A stretch of 63,903 nucleotides of DNA, filler included, from Polymyxa betae A26-41 (Eukaryota; Protista; Endomyxa: Phytomyxea): the NCBI GenBank assembly GCA_003693705.1. It is 5 parts of 5 records of this genome, joined end to end, with 100 filler letters (N's around TTAATTAATTAA, not from the genome) between each part and the next. Parts side by side here need not be neighbours in the genome. Positions count along the whole stretch, not along the records: positions 31,757 to 54,441 come from RBZT01000584.1; 4 more parts are not named here. One strand, written 5' to 3'. Below, piece by piece: positions 40,605 to 53,938 of this stretch (the first letter of the stretch is position 1; each line of letters opens with the position of its first letter). The notes beneath the pieces are model-generated. The model was not told where the DNA came from. It did no database searches and saw only the letters and a list, made by a program, of their open reading frames with translations. A program made the translations under genes and the position numbers.

Positions 40605-43600
40605 GATGGTGCGAGATCGTCTAGAAAGAGAGTAGAACGAGGTTTTCCGGACTGCGCCAATCGGACCTCTGACCTGAAATCGGGTCCCGCCATTCAGTGA
40701 CCAGCCGCCTACTCAGACTGCACCTGGGCTCTATTTTTGGCTCCTGTAGTCACTGGGGCGATGGGGCCTCTAATTATATATCGTAGTGCCGATCCAATCG
40801 GCATGGGTGGTTCTCAGACACCACGATCAAGCCTGCGTTCTGAACCACTGTTGGATATTCCGGGGGCAGGGACTATTCCATCAAGATCCATCAATAATAT
40901 TCAAGGAATGTAGCATCCATTTCGCAGAAAGCGTCTCAAGCAAAGCATTTAGAACCTTTAACCTGTCATCTGATTGAATACGGGAAAGCTTCCGAACGTT
41001 TGTTATTGATTCTCTTCGCACAATAACATGCGGCGTCCTCAATTTTGACGCTTTGCTACGACTACAAAATAAAAGCTTCTTAAACATCATTGCCACCAAA
41101 TGAGACATGGATTATGCTGTCCAACAGCCATTTGACCAAATGCGACACAAACATTCAAACTCATCCAGGCTCCAAAGACGATTTGTGAGCAATCCTCATT
41201 TAAAATGCCTAAACAGCCTCGCTGCCTTTAATCTGTGACAGAACCTACAGAGTCTGTATTGCACAATCCGTTTGATAGGTCCAACGTTTACAAAACCTTT
41301 TTTTTTACAATTGCCCCTTATTGGACAGAATTTGTAATGCATATCACGTGGCGTCTTTGTGCAGCCATCATACCATGATAGGATTTGCACTGATTGCCGA
41401 GGGGGTCGTTTTTGCCGGCAGAGGAGAACCTTTTATAACGTTTCGAGCTCTGATAGCGTTCCGGTTGCTGCTGTCGACTGAGACAGCAGACGGATGAATG
41501 TGTTGCCTTCTGCCAATTCCGCCTGCATTTCGACGGACTGTATAGAGAGCTTTGCCTCATATTATCCGTAAATTTAAGCTGGCGGCATGGTGACTGTCCT
41601 CACTTTTATAATCTGCAGGACAGCGACAGCGATCCTATCTATCAACACGATGGATTTGGGATGTTTGGGTCTCCTGAGATGGTGATTCGTATCTTGCTCT
41701 CATAGCGGTGCCTGTTGTCAGCGCGTTCCACGCTTTTCAACAATGTTATTGGAAACGCCTCTTCTCCATTTCGAAACCTTAGACGGGTTCGAGAGCCGAA
41801 ACCATCAGAATCTGCATTACTTCTACCGATTGGTCAATTCAATTTTCTGCTGTTTTGGAACTCGTTGACGACTAGAGATGCTGATTGCCTGGGTGGTTTT
41901 TGGGAAAGACACGAACTCTCGATCCTGAGATAAAACTTTTCAAGCAAGATGTCAATCAAGTTCGTGAAAATTCGAGATGACGACAGCTCTCTCTTTCAAC
42001 TACCAAAATCCCGCATGAATCATTCCTTCTCCTGTTCAGCCATCTTGGTCTCTGATTTCTTCCGCAACGTCTTTCCGAGCACCTATCCACACGAAGAGCC
42101 GTCAGAACGATTGCTGGTGTCCCGTGTTGACAAAGAGATTTATGCGACGGGAAAAGCTACGGCGACTTTTCCAGAAGCGTTGCAGGCGCAGGCCGCAGAA
42201 AAGTTTTAACGCTGTCTCCATCAGTCGGGTGCCATGCCGCGGCGTGACCGCCAACAGGAAGTCGCCTTGGCAACGTCCGCGAAACGTTTAGACCAACAGC
42301 CAGGCGGTGTCCGAGTCCGCCTGAAAGCACCGGGAAGGCGTTAATATCATTGTCTCTGGGTCGGCGGCTGTACTGGCCCGAGAGGCGGAGGGGAGCTATG
42401 ATTATGGCTACTCTACCCAGTTATTAGTAGCGATAACAGATGATAACGAAGGATCGCATGACAATGAACGAATCGTTTACCTGAGGTTCCATCGGACGAT
42501 TGTGTGGATCATGGTAGTTGACGTTCTGAGCTCACCCAGACTAAAGGCAGGGTTTCGGGAACCCAGAGGTAGACCGGGATGGGACATAAACCTGATGGGA
42601 GATATGACCCGAAAAAGCCGAGACGTCGCCATGGGGTGAGTTGACTGAGCTCTGCCTTGTCGACTCGTCAATGTTCACCATATCTCACTACAATCGATAG
42701 ACACGTTATAACAACAACGATGGAAAGATAGTGATAGGGTTGCAAATGTGTCGACACTGACAAAAGAACTCTCCTAGTCTTTACAGTTATAAGAACTGCG
42801 GATGAGAGGGCCAACAAGTACGGCGCCGCCCAAAGCCGCAGTATAACATGAGTCGGCCACCTCGGCCCTATCATCAATACGAAGCGGATCTAAGAAGACC
42901 TCGATATTTGTCAACAAGAATATTGATGGGATTAGATATGGATGAAAGGCAGGGTGACATCTGAACAGCGGATCTCTCCAGATGCAGAGAATGTTTCGGC
43001 TCTCTGAAGATGGAAAGCCACCATATCGGCTGTTCTGCGATGTCCTCAAGATTGATGTAGCGTATATGCCGTTATTGATTCAAATGCAAGAGATTCAGGA
43101 TGCCGCTCACTATTCTTTCTGCCAAAAATGGCATTCATGGAGTTACCCGCGTGCTGTCCAGTATCAGATAAAACGCCATTATGGCTCACAGCAGGTTTGA
43201 TGATGTTTGAGCGCCGCATCATCAAGCAGTTTTAAGAGAGACAGTGTACGCTCGGTTTAAAGGAGCCGGTTTGCATTTGTCGTAAACAATTAGGCGTTTT
43301 CGTAGCAAAGGGTCATTTGCAATAACAATCAGGTCAGTGTGCACCATCTCTTGGAGCTGGTTGGTGGACACAGACTGCTCAATGCGATCAAATCCGTCCA
43401 GGACGTGCTTCAACGATGAATTCGAAAGCAATGACGTCTTGATTGTATCAATGAATTTTTCTGACGCTGTGTTAAAACACACCGGAGACAAAGCCGTCAT
43501 TTGTGAACGTAAATGCCCAATTTTAGCCTTGAGAGCTTTCAGGTAATGAATTGCTTCAGGATATTCCACGACAATTCCGCAAATTCATCTCAGTATGGAT

Positions 43601-44378
43601 CAACATCCTCAGTTGAACCGACTCTTCAATAGTCTTTGAGGATGTCAGATAGCTGAGAGCGTAGAATACCACCAGTCTATGCGCTGTTAATAACTCGTGC
43701 TATGAGATCGATTTTACAGGTGTTTCGTTCTGCCATTGCTTAAGCAATCCCGGTGTTTCTGTCAGAGCAGAAAAAGCTTAAAAGGCATCAGAAATCAGAT
43801 TCGAGGCGCATCCGGTGAACTCTTGGATTATGGCGATACTCGAATGATTGCTTGCAGATGACGAAAAACGACCTAGAGTTTTACCATGCGCCGCCATATT
43901 GTATCTACATTGAAGTGCGTCAACCATTTCTCATGATGATCGATGGAGGAGAGATGATACTGGGCTACAAACGATATTATTGCTAAGGCTGTTGACGATA
44001 TGGCAAATTAGAACGTAGCCGAATCAACATCCGCAACATTGAGAGCGACTTCAAGCAGTTTCGCAATACTCGAACCTAGAAACAGCCGGAAACGACTGGG
44101 CAAAAATTTTGCAAGTTCGAACGAAGCCGAGGCCAAAAACAGCTCAATGCATTACAAAACGCTGATTAAGAAACCTGAGCCAAAAGGATCCTAAAGACCT
44201 GACTTCTTACGATTATGCGCGAAATTACCATTTACCAATAGGAAACCTTCACGTTGAAATCAGTCTCTTGAAACAGGCTGCTCTCTGGTTGGGACTACAG
44301 AAAATTCACAGCCTCTGATAGTGGCTGTGTGACTAACAGGGTCGTTTCCTTTTATTGGAATTTCTATACTGTGCGTGA

Positions 44379-46167
44379 TTAGAACGCCCAGCTGCAATAT
44401 TGGTCGAGATCGTCTAAACTCCGCCTGAATCGTATTCTGTTCACAGCATCCACGACGCGTGTAACATTAGCTGTGAACTTGGACCCGGAGTCTCCGTTAT
44501 CTTCCACGAACATGATCGACGTCATACCCGACCGCTTCGCAGTCCGCTGATGACAGCCGTTGATATGACGCGGACCTTCCGACGCACAGTTCCCGACTTT
44601 CGGATGCAACTCGATCAGGGACGAACCTTCCGGAGCGAACACAATCTGACAGTAACATGAGCATCGCATCGTCATCGTAACATAAAAGCACTGGTTTACG
44701 TTACTGAGTCCAGCCCCGTGCGGTCCAATCACAATATCGGCGTTGTAATGTTTCGCGGCCGTCGACAGCAGATCTTCACCGGGGCCGAATTCCAGTACGA
44801 CCGCGTCGGGTTGCGCTCGACGCAGCGCCTCCATTAGCTCGGCGTGATTCGTTACCGACCGATACGAATTGCCGCGGGATTGCACGACCACTGTGAAGGG
44901 TTTCGGCGTCGTCGTACGGATCTAGGAAACATACAATTAGTGGACCGCCTTTGCAGGGAATGCTGGCCCCATACCAAGTACGGATGTTGGATGCGGACAG
45001 CGTCACGGAGTAGTTTTTTCAAGCGGGAGACGGCGGTGCTGATTGCGTAACCGCAGCCCGAAGGGGACGGGACCACAGCGTTTCGCACGAAATAGACGCT
45101 CTTCGGATCGTACCAGACCATGCGGTCTGTAGAGATACCAAGAAGGGACAGGGCGGTCGCTGCGACCTGATGGTGATGCATGACGATTTTCAGGTCCGGG
45201 TGCGCCTTGATATAATCGAGCATGAGGGCGATCTTGGGAAAGCCCTAAACCTTAGGATGTTAGGGTATTAGGGGTTTGAAGGTAGTCTGACGCATCCAAC
45301 ACTCACCTCGATCATCCAGTGATAATAGGCCTCGCCACAGACTTGTGCTATAATCAGTGCGTGGTCGATGTGGATGATATCCGCAGGGCCAGTACGACGC
45401 ACGACATCGATCGGGAAGGGATCCAGATCGCCATGACATCCTCCCGGGAAGTAGACAGCATCACTGGTATATAGTTTGGCGGATTTCCCGGAGACGATCG
45501 CATCGCGGAGCTCCGTGTAGAACGCGGTTCCGTCCTCATGATCGAATCTGAAACACAGACTGAGACGCGTGGCCTCTCTCAACACCAATCAGTCGTACTC
45601 GGGCAATCGTGTAACGTTGTAGATGCTGGGGGCGTAACGTAAGACTGCGGCGCCATCATTGCCGTTGATTTCCGAGTCCAGTTCCGGAAGCATGCTGAGA
45701 GCGACGCGGCTTCGGACAAATTCGCTGAGCACACGGCTTGTAGCGTATTGTTTCACAAAATGACGCTGCTCCATTCTCCTGTTTGGCAGAATGAAATCTT
45801 TTGGTTAGACGTTTCTTAACTAAAATAAAAAAATCGTTAAATCCTCCAAATCGTGACATCTTCGTGAGATTTTGGAAAAAAACAGTTTGGCCATGACAGT
45901 TTAAAAGGAAACTGACCGCTGAACGAGATTGTTAACATAGAAGAATGTGAGAGCGGAGGCAGCCAGTACGGCCAGTAGCAGCAGGGCGGTTGGGTGCGTA
46001 AGCTGCCATTGCCGGCAGCGCTTTCGGATCTGCCTTGGCTGGAGCAGATTCGGTACCGAAAGCATGGACCAGCACGACCGAGGCCACGATGTGGCGATTG
46101 GATGGCAGATCGAATGAGGGGAGAACCGGAAGCAGATCAGCCGGATTCTGCGGAGAGCATGAGTCAT
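44379..46167 (-). CDS. Glycosyltransferase family 61 (DUF563-type), type II membrane protein; start may be 46065
   Basis: N-terminal TM ALLLLAVLAASALTFFYV; AYYHWMIE|GFPKI, RSVTNHAELMEAL, ADIVIGPHGAGLSN|IVFAPEGSSLIEL are GT61 motifs. Confidence 0.88.
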
Positions 46168-47483
46168 CGTCGGGATTTTCGGCTCTTTTCGTAATTTTAA
46201 GAGCAAAAAAGTGATGTGAAGAAAGTGCGTGACTGGCGCACTTTTCACTCCCTGGCGCTGAGAATGTTCAAAACTAATACAATCACAGAATACTACTCGG
46301 TTACTCGATGCCTGCCACGCACACTTTCATTCACTCATGTCTAATCACGCAAGGAACCCTACGACGGTAGTTACTATATTTCCAATCAGATTTCACAAAC
46401 AGTTTTTGAACAAAACGACACCATCTCTCAGCGTCGATTTCGGGCTAAACAGCAAAGTTTGCCTTCTGCGATTCTTTGATTCCAATCAGTTGACGAATTT
46501 CGATGGAATTCGTTTTCGTTACAGCTGCTGTGCTGATAATCAATTGGCTGCTGATCTGATGCAACGCCGAGACCAAAATATTCAAGTGCCATGCTGAGTT
46601 CACTCTGATCACGATATTATATCGACTGGAATGGTCCGTAACCGCTACTAGCTGCCTACTAAGGTAAGCTCGAAAACTGTAATGTTTCCACAATCCCGAG
46701 TTGAACCCCTTGTTGCCATCAATGATTTATGACACGGACTTTTTTAGAACAGTAGATTTCGTTACGGTTAACGCTACCTGCCGCCGTTCAAACAATAATG
46801 ACCAGCAACAGGTGTGACATGCCGCGGCGAAAATCTGCAAAGGGTCGCAATCTGGCAATCAGCGTGCCGGCCCGGGGATGGGCGAGTATGACCGATTTCT
46901 GTCCACGTTACGTAGTCAGCATGTTTGATCTGGTCGAGCGTCGCCTGTTCCGCCGCCATGATGCGATCTCGGACAAGATCTGGCAGAGAACGGAATTGAT
47001 CCGGAACCGGCCTCAGCCGGTCTTTCGTACCAGCCCTCTTGTCATATTCTGGCCTGCGCACATTGCTTCAGGACTTGATCTGGCCACTCATAGGCTGCTT
47101 GTAATATTCGGCATCAAGACCGACTTTCACGCTGAACACGGTCAAGTCCCTGTACGGCAACAATACAAAGTCGGCAGCCGAACAAAAGCGTTCCAGGTGT
47201 AAGAGTTCCGAAAGGATCATTAAGCAGGCGATGAGCCCTCAGTCCTCGACGAGCGTTTCCGAGCACAAAATTGGATATGGTGCGGCCATATCGTCAGTAT
47301 TGGCATAGATAGAAAGCCCGAATAGACAAAATCCAATCATGGTGAAAACTATGATTTAGGAGACCGTTACAAATTGCGGGAGCTGGAAGCATCCAGCGAT
47401 AATACGATGTCGAATCAAGATGTGATTTCTAGCGCGAACCGAGTTCATGTTACCATCCAGTGTTTTAATGACTGAGACAAACG

Positions 47484-49005
47484 TTACATTGATCGAAGAT
47501 GGGCTCCGAATTTCTGCGGAACCAGGCTCTTGAGATGCGTGACGAACTGTCGCAGATCGATTGGGTCCAGAACCGGCTCGTAACTTGGCGGTTCGTTACG
47601 ATCCTGTAACATATAAAGACGGCCCAGGTAGGTCCCGGAGCTGACAGCGACTTTCGAACCCCGGAGCCATTCCCGTAACCGCGTGGGCGTATCTGACAAC
47701 AGAGTCTCAGCAGCTGGTTGCAGCCCGATCACGGACTCCGTCAACATCTGGTCCAGGAACTCGACTACCTCGGACTGTAACGGGTAATGCTCGATTACGT
47801 TACCGTCCGGCAGCGTATCCAGCACTTTAAACAGTCGATGAGGTTCGCCGATGAAAACAGCGGCGTCCGCGTCTCTTTGCAGGTAGTACGAGAGAGCCAA
47901 TACGAGCTCCGGACTATCTTCCACGCTAGAGCGGACAGTTCGTAGTCGGCGCTCCAAACAGGCCGTGCGGAGTTCACGTTGCTGGAATGGGATCCGATAT
48001 AGGACGGATATCAGGAACATGATGGGCTCCAGATCCGCGATATTGAGATACGAGGCCGCGTCCCAACCAAGATCCAGCATGTTCGTATCTCCGAGCAGCA
48101 TAGCTCGCGAGTACAGCTGTACTTCGACATGGAATTGCTGATAGAAGGCAGCCACGGGCTTATCTGGAGCGGTATCAGGAATCCGAACAGGCAGAATTAT
48201 CTGCGCGTATTTATCAGAATGACAGAAAAAGGAATCGCAATAAAATGGGAAATTGGGAAAAAAAACAAAGAAGACAAAACCTCGAGCGATAAAAATTCAA
48301 ATAAAAAACATTAATTCCGGCAAAATATTTTCAAAAAAAGAGCACATTTCAATAGGAAAAAGTGTAGCGGAATTGCCACCAAACCTTACACGTTACCTCT
48401 TCGAGATCGGATTCTGTTGCAGACAGGTCCGTGGGCTCCTTCGCCATGACAATATTGGAGGCCACGATCAGGAAGGCCGTCGTCGACGGCATCCCTGTCA
48501 ACTGGCAAAGGCCATCGACAGCCCAGTTCACGAACGCCGCCACGGGCCAGATCATAGCGTCGGGCAGGGCGCCGAACAACGCCGAACGGAGTGACCACGC
48601 GGCCGCGGACAGCGCCGCCTGCATGCTCGCAACAGCCTCTCGTTCCGCCACGCATCGCATCCATTGATGCCACAAAAACGCCGCCGATCGCATCGCGTCG
48701 TCGCCGACCAGGCGCTCGGGGTCGTGCTGGACCAGGACACGAACGAGGCCGCACACCAGCGTCAGATTGTATGAGCAGATTCCGGCAGCATTCAGGGCGG
48801 CGATGGCGGCGGAGTTGCCGAACTCGAGATCGGTGTTGAACTGCGCGACTGTGGCGGCGGGGTGTCAGCGGAGGCCGTCGTGCGATTCGACACGTCACGT
48901 TTTACCAAACGAATCCAGCTGGGTCCGGGTCGCAAACAGGCGCAGGTCGACAGCGGCGGCCGCTTGCGTCACGGCCAGGGCCAGGACGACGACTAGGGCA
49001 GTCAT
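47484..49005 (-). CDS. Secreted protein family X, paralogue 2 (introns 48849-48905 and 48201-48396)
   Basis: Signal peptide MTALVVVLALAVTQAAA. RVLVQHDP, RSAAFLWHQW, FVNWAVDGL, FHVEVQLYSRAMLLGD, LEPIMFLISVL, LALSYYLQ; intact frame after splicing. Confidence 0.87.
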
Positions 49006-50070
49006 GGAACGGCGACCCGAATGCGTGTCAGACCGCCTTCTGAGTGATCCGGACTGCTTCGCGCGAGTCAGCTGGATCAGGCGCGCAGTTTTCCCCGTCG
49101 ATTCAACCACGATTGTTTGATTATTCGGAGTAACGGATAGGCCATATAAACGATGAACATTTTGTTCTTGTGCAGGGGCTGCGACAACGTCAGTTCGTAC
49201 TTGATGATGTTCGGAGCTTCTTCCACCTTTGTGACTCGTCTTGAACGATTCAACCACGGCGGCGGCGGGTCACACAGATAGAGAGCAGGAAGTCCAGGAT
49301 GAGATTCCACATTTGGTCATCTGGCAGTTTCCGTGCCCAGCGAAGACACGTCCTAACCTCAGCAACATCGTCGTCACACCGATTTTCGCGCCGAGCACGA
49401 TTTGACCCGGCCCCCGCGCGCGGAATGGTATTTTAAGTCCGTGGCCTGAATATGGAAGATAGACGTTCGAATCAACCCCAGGGTTGGAGATCCTCTATAT
49501 AATCTGCTAGAGAAGGTTTCAGGCCGGAGACGGCTTCGTCAAGGTCGGTGTTATGTCCGCTAATGGCTGTTAGCGAACAGAGACATGGTTTTTAGAGAAA
49601 GTCGATAGAGAGATAGATAACAGAGGCGGAAATGATGGTGCGGCAGCCAGCAACCCACCACGCACCTGAGGTTAAGCGCGCCAGGAAGAGAAAGTTGGAT
49701 AGAGGATTCCCCTTTGGGTTCCAAACCTGAAATTATAACGAAGAATGTCGTTGCGTGTGTGAGAGAGAGACGCCCATATCCGGTCTGCCTGTTGCCTCCC
49801 TCATCACTCGAACTATTTCTATATCGTCTCTTATCGGAACTTGCAAAGCGTCAGTTATTCAGTCAGCATAAACTGCACTCTCGTCATTTTCGTTTCGTTG
49901 TCGCTTATTTTCAGAAAAAGGAATGTTTTGTGGAAATCAACGCATCTGTCTATTTTCATGATTTTATTAAAATATCAAGCTGTACACAAATCATTGGTTG
50001 TACAATGGCCCATTTATAAGAATGTAAATATGAGCGGCTTTAGAACAATAACCAGGGTGCAAATACACAT

Positions 50071-51398
50071 TTACAGATGTTTGGCCTTAGCTTGTAATGT
50101 TACAGGAGCCAGGCTCTTTATATGTGCAACGAACATGCTGGCCTTTAGGGGACCCTTAACGCGGGCGTATCGCTCTGGGTCGTCGCGATCGTCCCGAATA
50201 AACCACCATCCATTCCGCGGTAATCGCAGCGCCTGTCTCGCACTCCGGAACTGATCCTGGAACGCCCACGACGCCGTCGCTCCCGGCGGCGCCAGCGCAC
50301 AGACCGACACGAACACCACGAAATCGAGCAGGTCCGTGACCTCCGACTGGGTCGGATCACGGGCCAGGAGCGGCCTCTCGCTGCCCTCCAGCACTGTGAA
50401 CAAACCGCACGCGCCAGCGAGGTACTCGACCGTCGACGAGTCTTTCTGCAGGTAATAGGCCAGGGCCAGTATGACCATCTGGTTATTCGCCAGGCGCAGT
50501 TCTCGGATCAGATGAAGTCGGCGCCCGAGGCCCGTCGCGCGGCGTTCGATCCGCGTCAGGACGGAGATCAGGAACATGATCGGTTCGATGTCCGGGGGGT
50601 TGAGCCCGGAGGCCGCCCCTCGGCCCAGATTTAACAGGTCTCGGTCTCCGAGCTGCATGGCCCGTGAATACAGCTGTACTTGGATATGGAACTGCGGAGG
50701 GAGCACGATTTTACAGCCACCTTGAAGGTCGCCATCATTGGCAATTGATCGAGCCACCTAAAACTAGGGTTAGGGTTTTAGGGTTAGGGTTTCCATCGAA
50801 AACTGACTCGTTCGAGTGTAGTGCGGGCGCGGCGGAGCTCTAGCTGTGGTCTGGCCATAATCATATGACAGGCGATGATGATCAGGGCCGGGGTCAGGGG
50901 CAGTATGGCGACGCGCTGCAGCTCGCTGACGGCCCAGTTCAGGAACGCGGCCTCGATCCAGATCGTCGTCGACGCCGACAGCAGCGCCCGGCGCAGCGCC
51001 CAGGCATGATCGGCCAACACCTTCTCCACCTCCAACATCGCCGCGTTCGGCTGATGATGCCAATGGTGCCAGCTCGCGGCCGCCGACCGGATTACATCGT
51101 CGGGGTTCCCGGGGTCGTGCTGGACCAGGGCTCGGCAGATTCCCCGGAGCAGGATCACGTTCAGCCGATTGACACCCGAACGCTCCAAGATTCCGACATC
51201 GATGAGGTTGTCGAAATCGATGCGATGGACGTCGTGGAATTTGGAGACTGTCCTGGTTCAGAGAGATGGAGGCCGATGGCGGGCGGCGTTACCGAACGAT
51301 TGGTCCTGGGTGCGGACAGCCTGTGGACGCCCATTGATGGCAGCGGCAAAGACGGCGATCGACCCGAAAGCGACGATGACAGCGATGAAATGTCTCAT
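50071..51398 (-). CDS. Secreted protein family X, paralogue 3 (introns 51248-51292 and 50758-50807)
   Basis: Signal peptide MRHFIAVIVAFGSIAVFAAA. RALVQHDP, RSAAASWHHW, FLNWAVSEL, FHIQVQLYSRAMQLGD, IEPIMFLISVL, LALAYYLQ; intact frame after splicing. Confidence 0.87.
50764..50792 (+). repeat. Interstitial telomere-like repeats inside an intron
   Basis: CTAGGGTTAGGGTTTTAGGGTTAGGGTTT. Confidence 0.9.
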
Positions 51399-51829
51399 TG
51401 GAACGGGGGGGAAGGGGGGGTGGTTGTCGAAACCGACACCACTTTTGACGACTATGTTTGAAGGGCGCCAGATATCAAATGTTGCGTAGAATAGTGCGTA
51501 AATAAGTACTGTTCAAAAAGAAGCCGATTCGATTTGGAGGTTCTTTCCCTTCGCCCTTTCTGATCGCTTCAAATTTGGTTACGCTGCCGACCTTTAATTG
51601 TCGCATTATTGTTTTGTCCTCTTTACAACGTAACAGATTTATCCCCTGTGACGTCGACAAACCACATTATCATTATACGACAATCATAATACCATCGAAT
51701 ACCGAACCTTTCACTCCCTCATAGCATTCTTGATTGTCTTAGTCCTGATCCATTAATCCGTGATTCCGTGTGCTCACTTTTCTTGGGAAATTCAATACTA
51801 CTTCTGTCTGTTGACAGCCACCATGGATC

Positions 51830-51831
51830 CC

Positions 51832-51876
<45 letters not shown>
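51830..51876. repeat. (CT)n/(CTAT)n microsatellite
   Basis: Directly visible. Confidence 0.9.
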
Positions 51877-53689
51877 TTTAATTACAATCTGTTTTTTCAG
51901 TACAGTGAACATCGACGCTTTCTATATCAGCTCACTGTTCATTGAATAGTCAGGGGGATCCATTTCTGTGGTCTTTAATTTCAAAACCATTAACGCGACG
52001 CATTGGACAATTTTTGCTGGGCCTTCCCTCTTTCGAACGTTTTCTCCAGACTGGATAGGATTATCCCTTGCGCCAGGCCGTCCACGACGCAAAGACTTCG
52101 TTATTGGTGCTCTTATTAAGGCATGGTCGTGATTGAAATCAATATGACGAGGTGCAACGCCATCTCGTTGATCTCGGTCATTAACAATTGCCAAAAATGA
52201 TTAAATGCATCCTTCAAAAATTACTATTGCTGTATTTCAATAAACGACCCTGCTACGGAGGCGACCCCTCACCTCGATAGGTGCGCAGGCAACAAGTTCT
52301 CAATCCTCTATGGGCAGCCATCAGCAGAAACAAAGGCTTGAATCCCTAATACGATGCCGATTAAACCTTATTCTTTACCACCTCGAAGTAAAGTTTCTAT
52401 TGTATTGCATGATAACCTGCCATCCCTGCTCTGTTCTTGAGGTCAGAAGCTCGATGAAATTATAAGCCTCCTTCCGATCGCAATGCTTCTGAACGTATTC
52501 TGAACGTCCCTTGTAGTCCATGTGACGTTACCGTCCGGAAAATGTTCTTTAGCGATTAGAAGCATCAATTGTGAGCATGTGAAAACGCCATGTCCATTTA
52601 ATTCGAAGCATTATCTTTCCTTGAATATCATCTGGGATGAATCTGTTATGCGGCAGAGCTGTCATTTCATTCTCTCCATAATGTTCATGATTGTTTTCGT
52701 TGCAGACCTTATAGATTCGGTACTCTTCAGGACTGTTCCCATCCTCTGCACGACGCAAACGAATGTAAAATGGACAATCACGTTGTGTCGTTTTCTTCTT
52801 TCTTTGGAATTCTTCAGGAACAGACGACAGCTTTCATTGACATGCACCGGAACAAAAGCAGACGAATTCTAACGTACTTCAACTTCATTGTGTTTTTTGT
52901 GCCAATGGTCAACGGCAAACGAAACGCATTGTCTGCGAGCTTCAGATAACAGGAAAAAATCGTGCCTATTGGCAGCTCAAAGATGTCACAAACAACATCT
53001 GTGCAATGTGCGCTGTCCTGTCTCCAAGGTTTCATTCAACACTTCCTGAACAGCAATGATGTGTTTGTATTTGTCATGATCAACAATTGAAGCTGTTTCA
53101 CGGCTTTCGAAGAGGCCTTCACCTAAATCATGGGCGCCGGAACCGGCATCGTCCAATCCCGAAGCGCACAGCTGTGTCTCAGGAGAGTAAGACGCGGAAG
53201 GACCAGGAGATGGGTCCTGAGCATGCGACGAAGTCGGATCGCAGGGACCGCGTCCCAAAAGTACCGTAGGATTAGAAAAGCTGGCGAACATGATGGCCGA
53301 TTGCCGATACAGGATAGAAGATTGCGTGAGGACCGTACCGCGCACTTATCGATTCGTTTAAACAAAAGATATTTTGGAAAGCAAAGCACATAGGTATTAT
53401 AATGTATTGCAGATACAAATTCGACGTTCTAATGCATTTCAATTTGTACTTTTGAATGTTTGATAATTGACAATGAAGAATCTTTCTACTTCTTTTGGTG
53501 TTCAGTAAGCATCTTTTCAATAACCCAACATTTATTGGAAAGAAATCAAAACGGCACTCTAATTTTTATTAGATAATAGCAAACGTTACCAGCAGAGACA
53601 GAATGTTTGCATTCATATCTGTGGTCGCTGAACAACATTTCGGGCTAATCCCAACGCCTGTGCAATTGCCCACATGACTGTTGACTCTG

Positions 53690-53811
53690 TGAAGAAGAGA
53701 GCTAGTGAGAGAGAGAGAGAGAGAGAGGAGAGAGAGTTAGAGTTAGAGAGAGCGAGGAAGAGAGGATGAGAGAGAAAGAGAGGGTCAAAGGGGAGAGAGA
53801 GATAGAGAGGG
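53690..53811. repeat. GA-rich microsatellite tract upstream of paralogue 4
   Basis: Imperfect (GA)n over about 120 nt. Confidence 0.85.
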
Positions 53812-53938
53812 ATCCACAAAGAATTGCACTCAGTCGCAGATGGAAAAGTGCGTGACTTTGTCGGTCTCTCATCTCTCCAAAGTCTCGTAACGGATAGTGG
53901 TCGAGCTCTCCCCGTCCTCAACATATTCCAATCCTATT

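Noticed and set aside
48386-51489. Many overlapping antisense and alternate-frame ORFs
   Set aside because: Shadows of GC-rich coding exons of family X.
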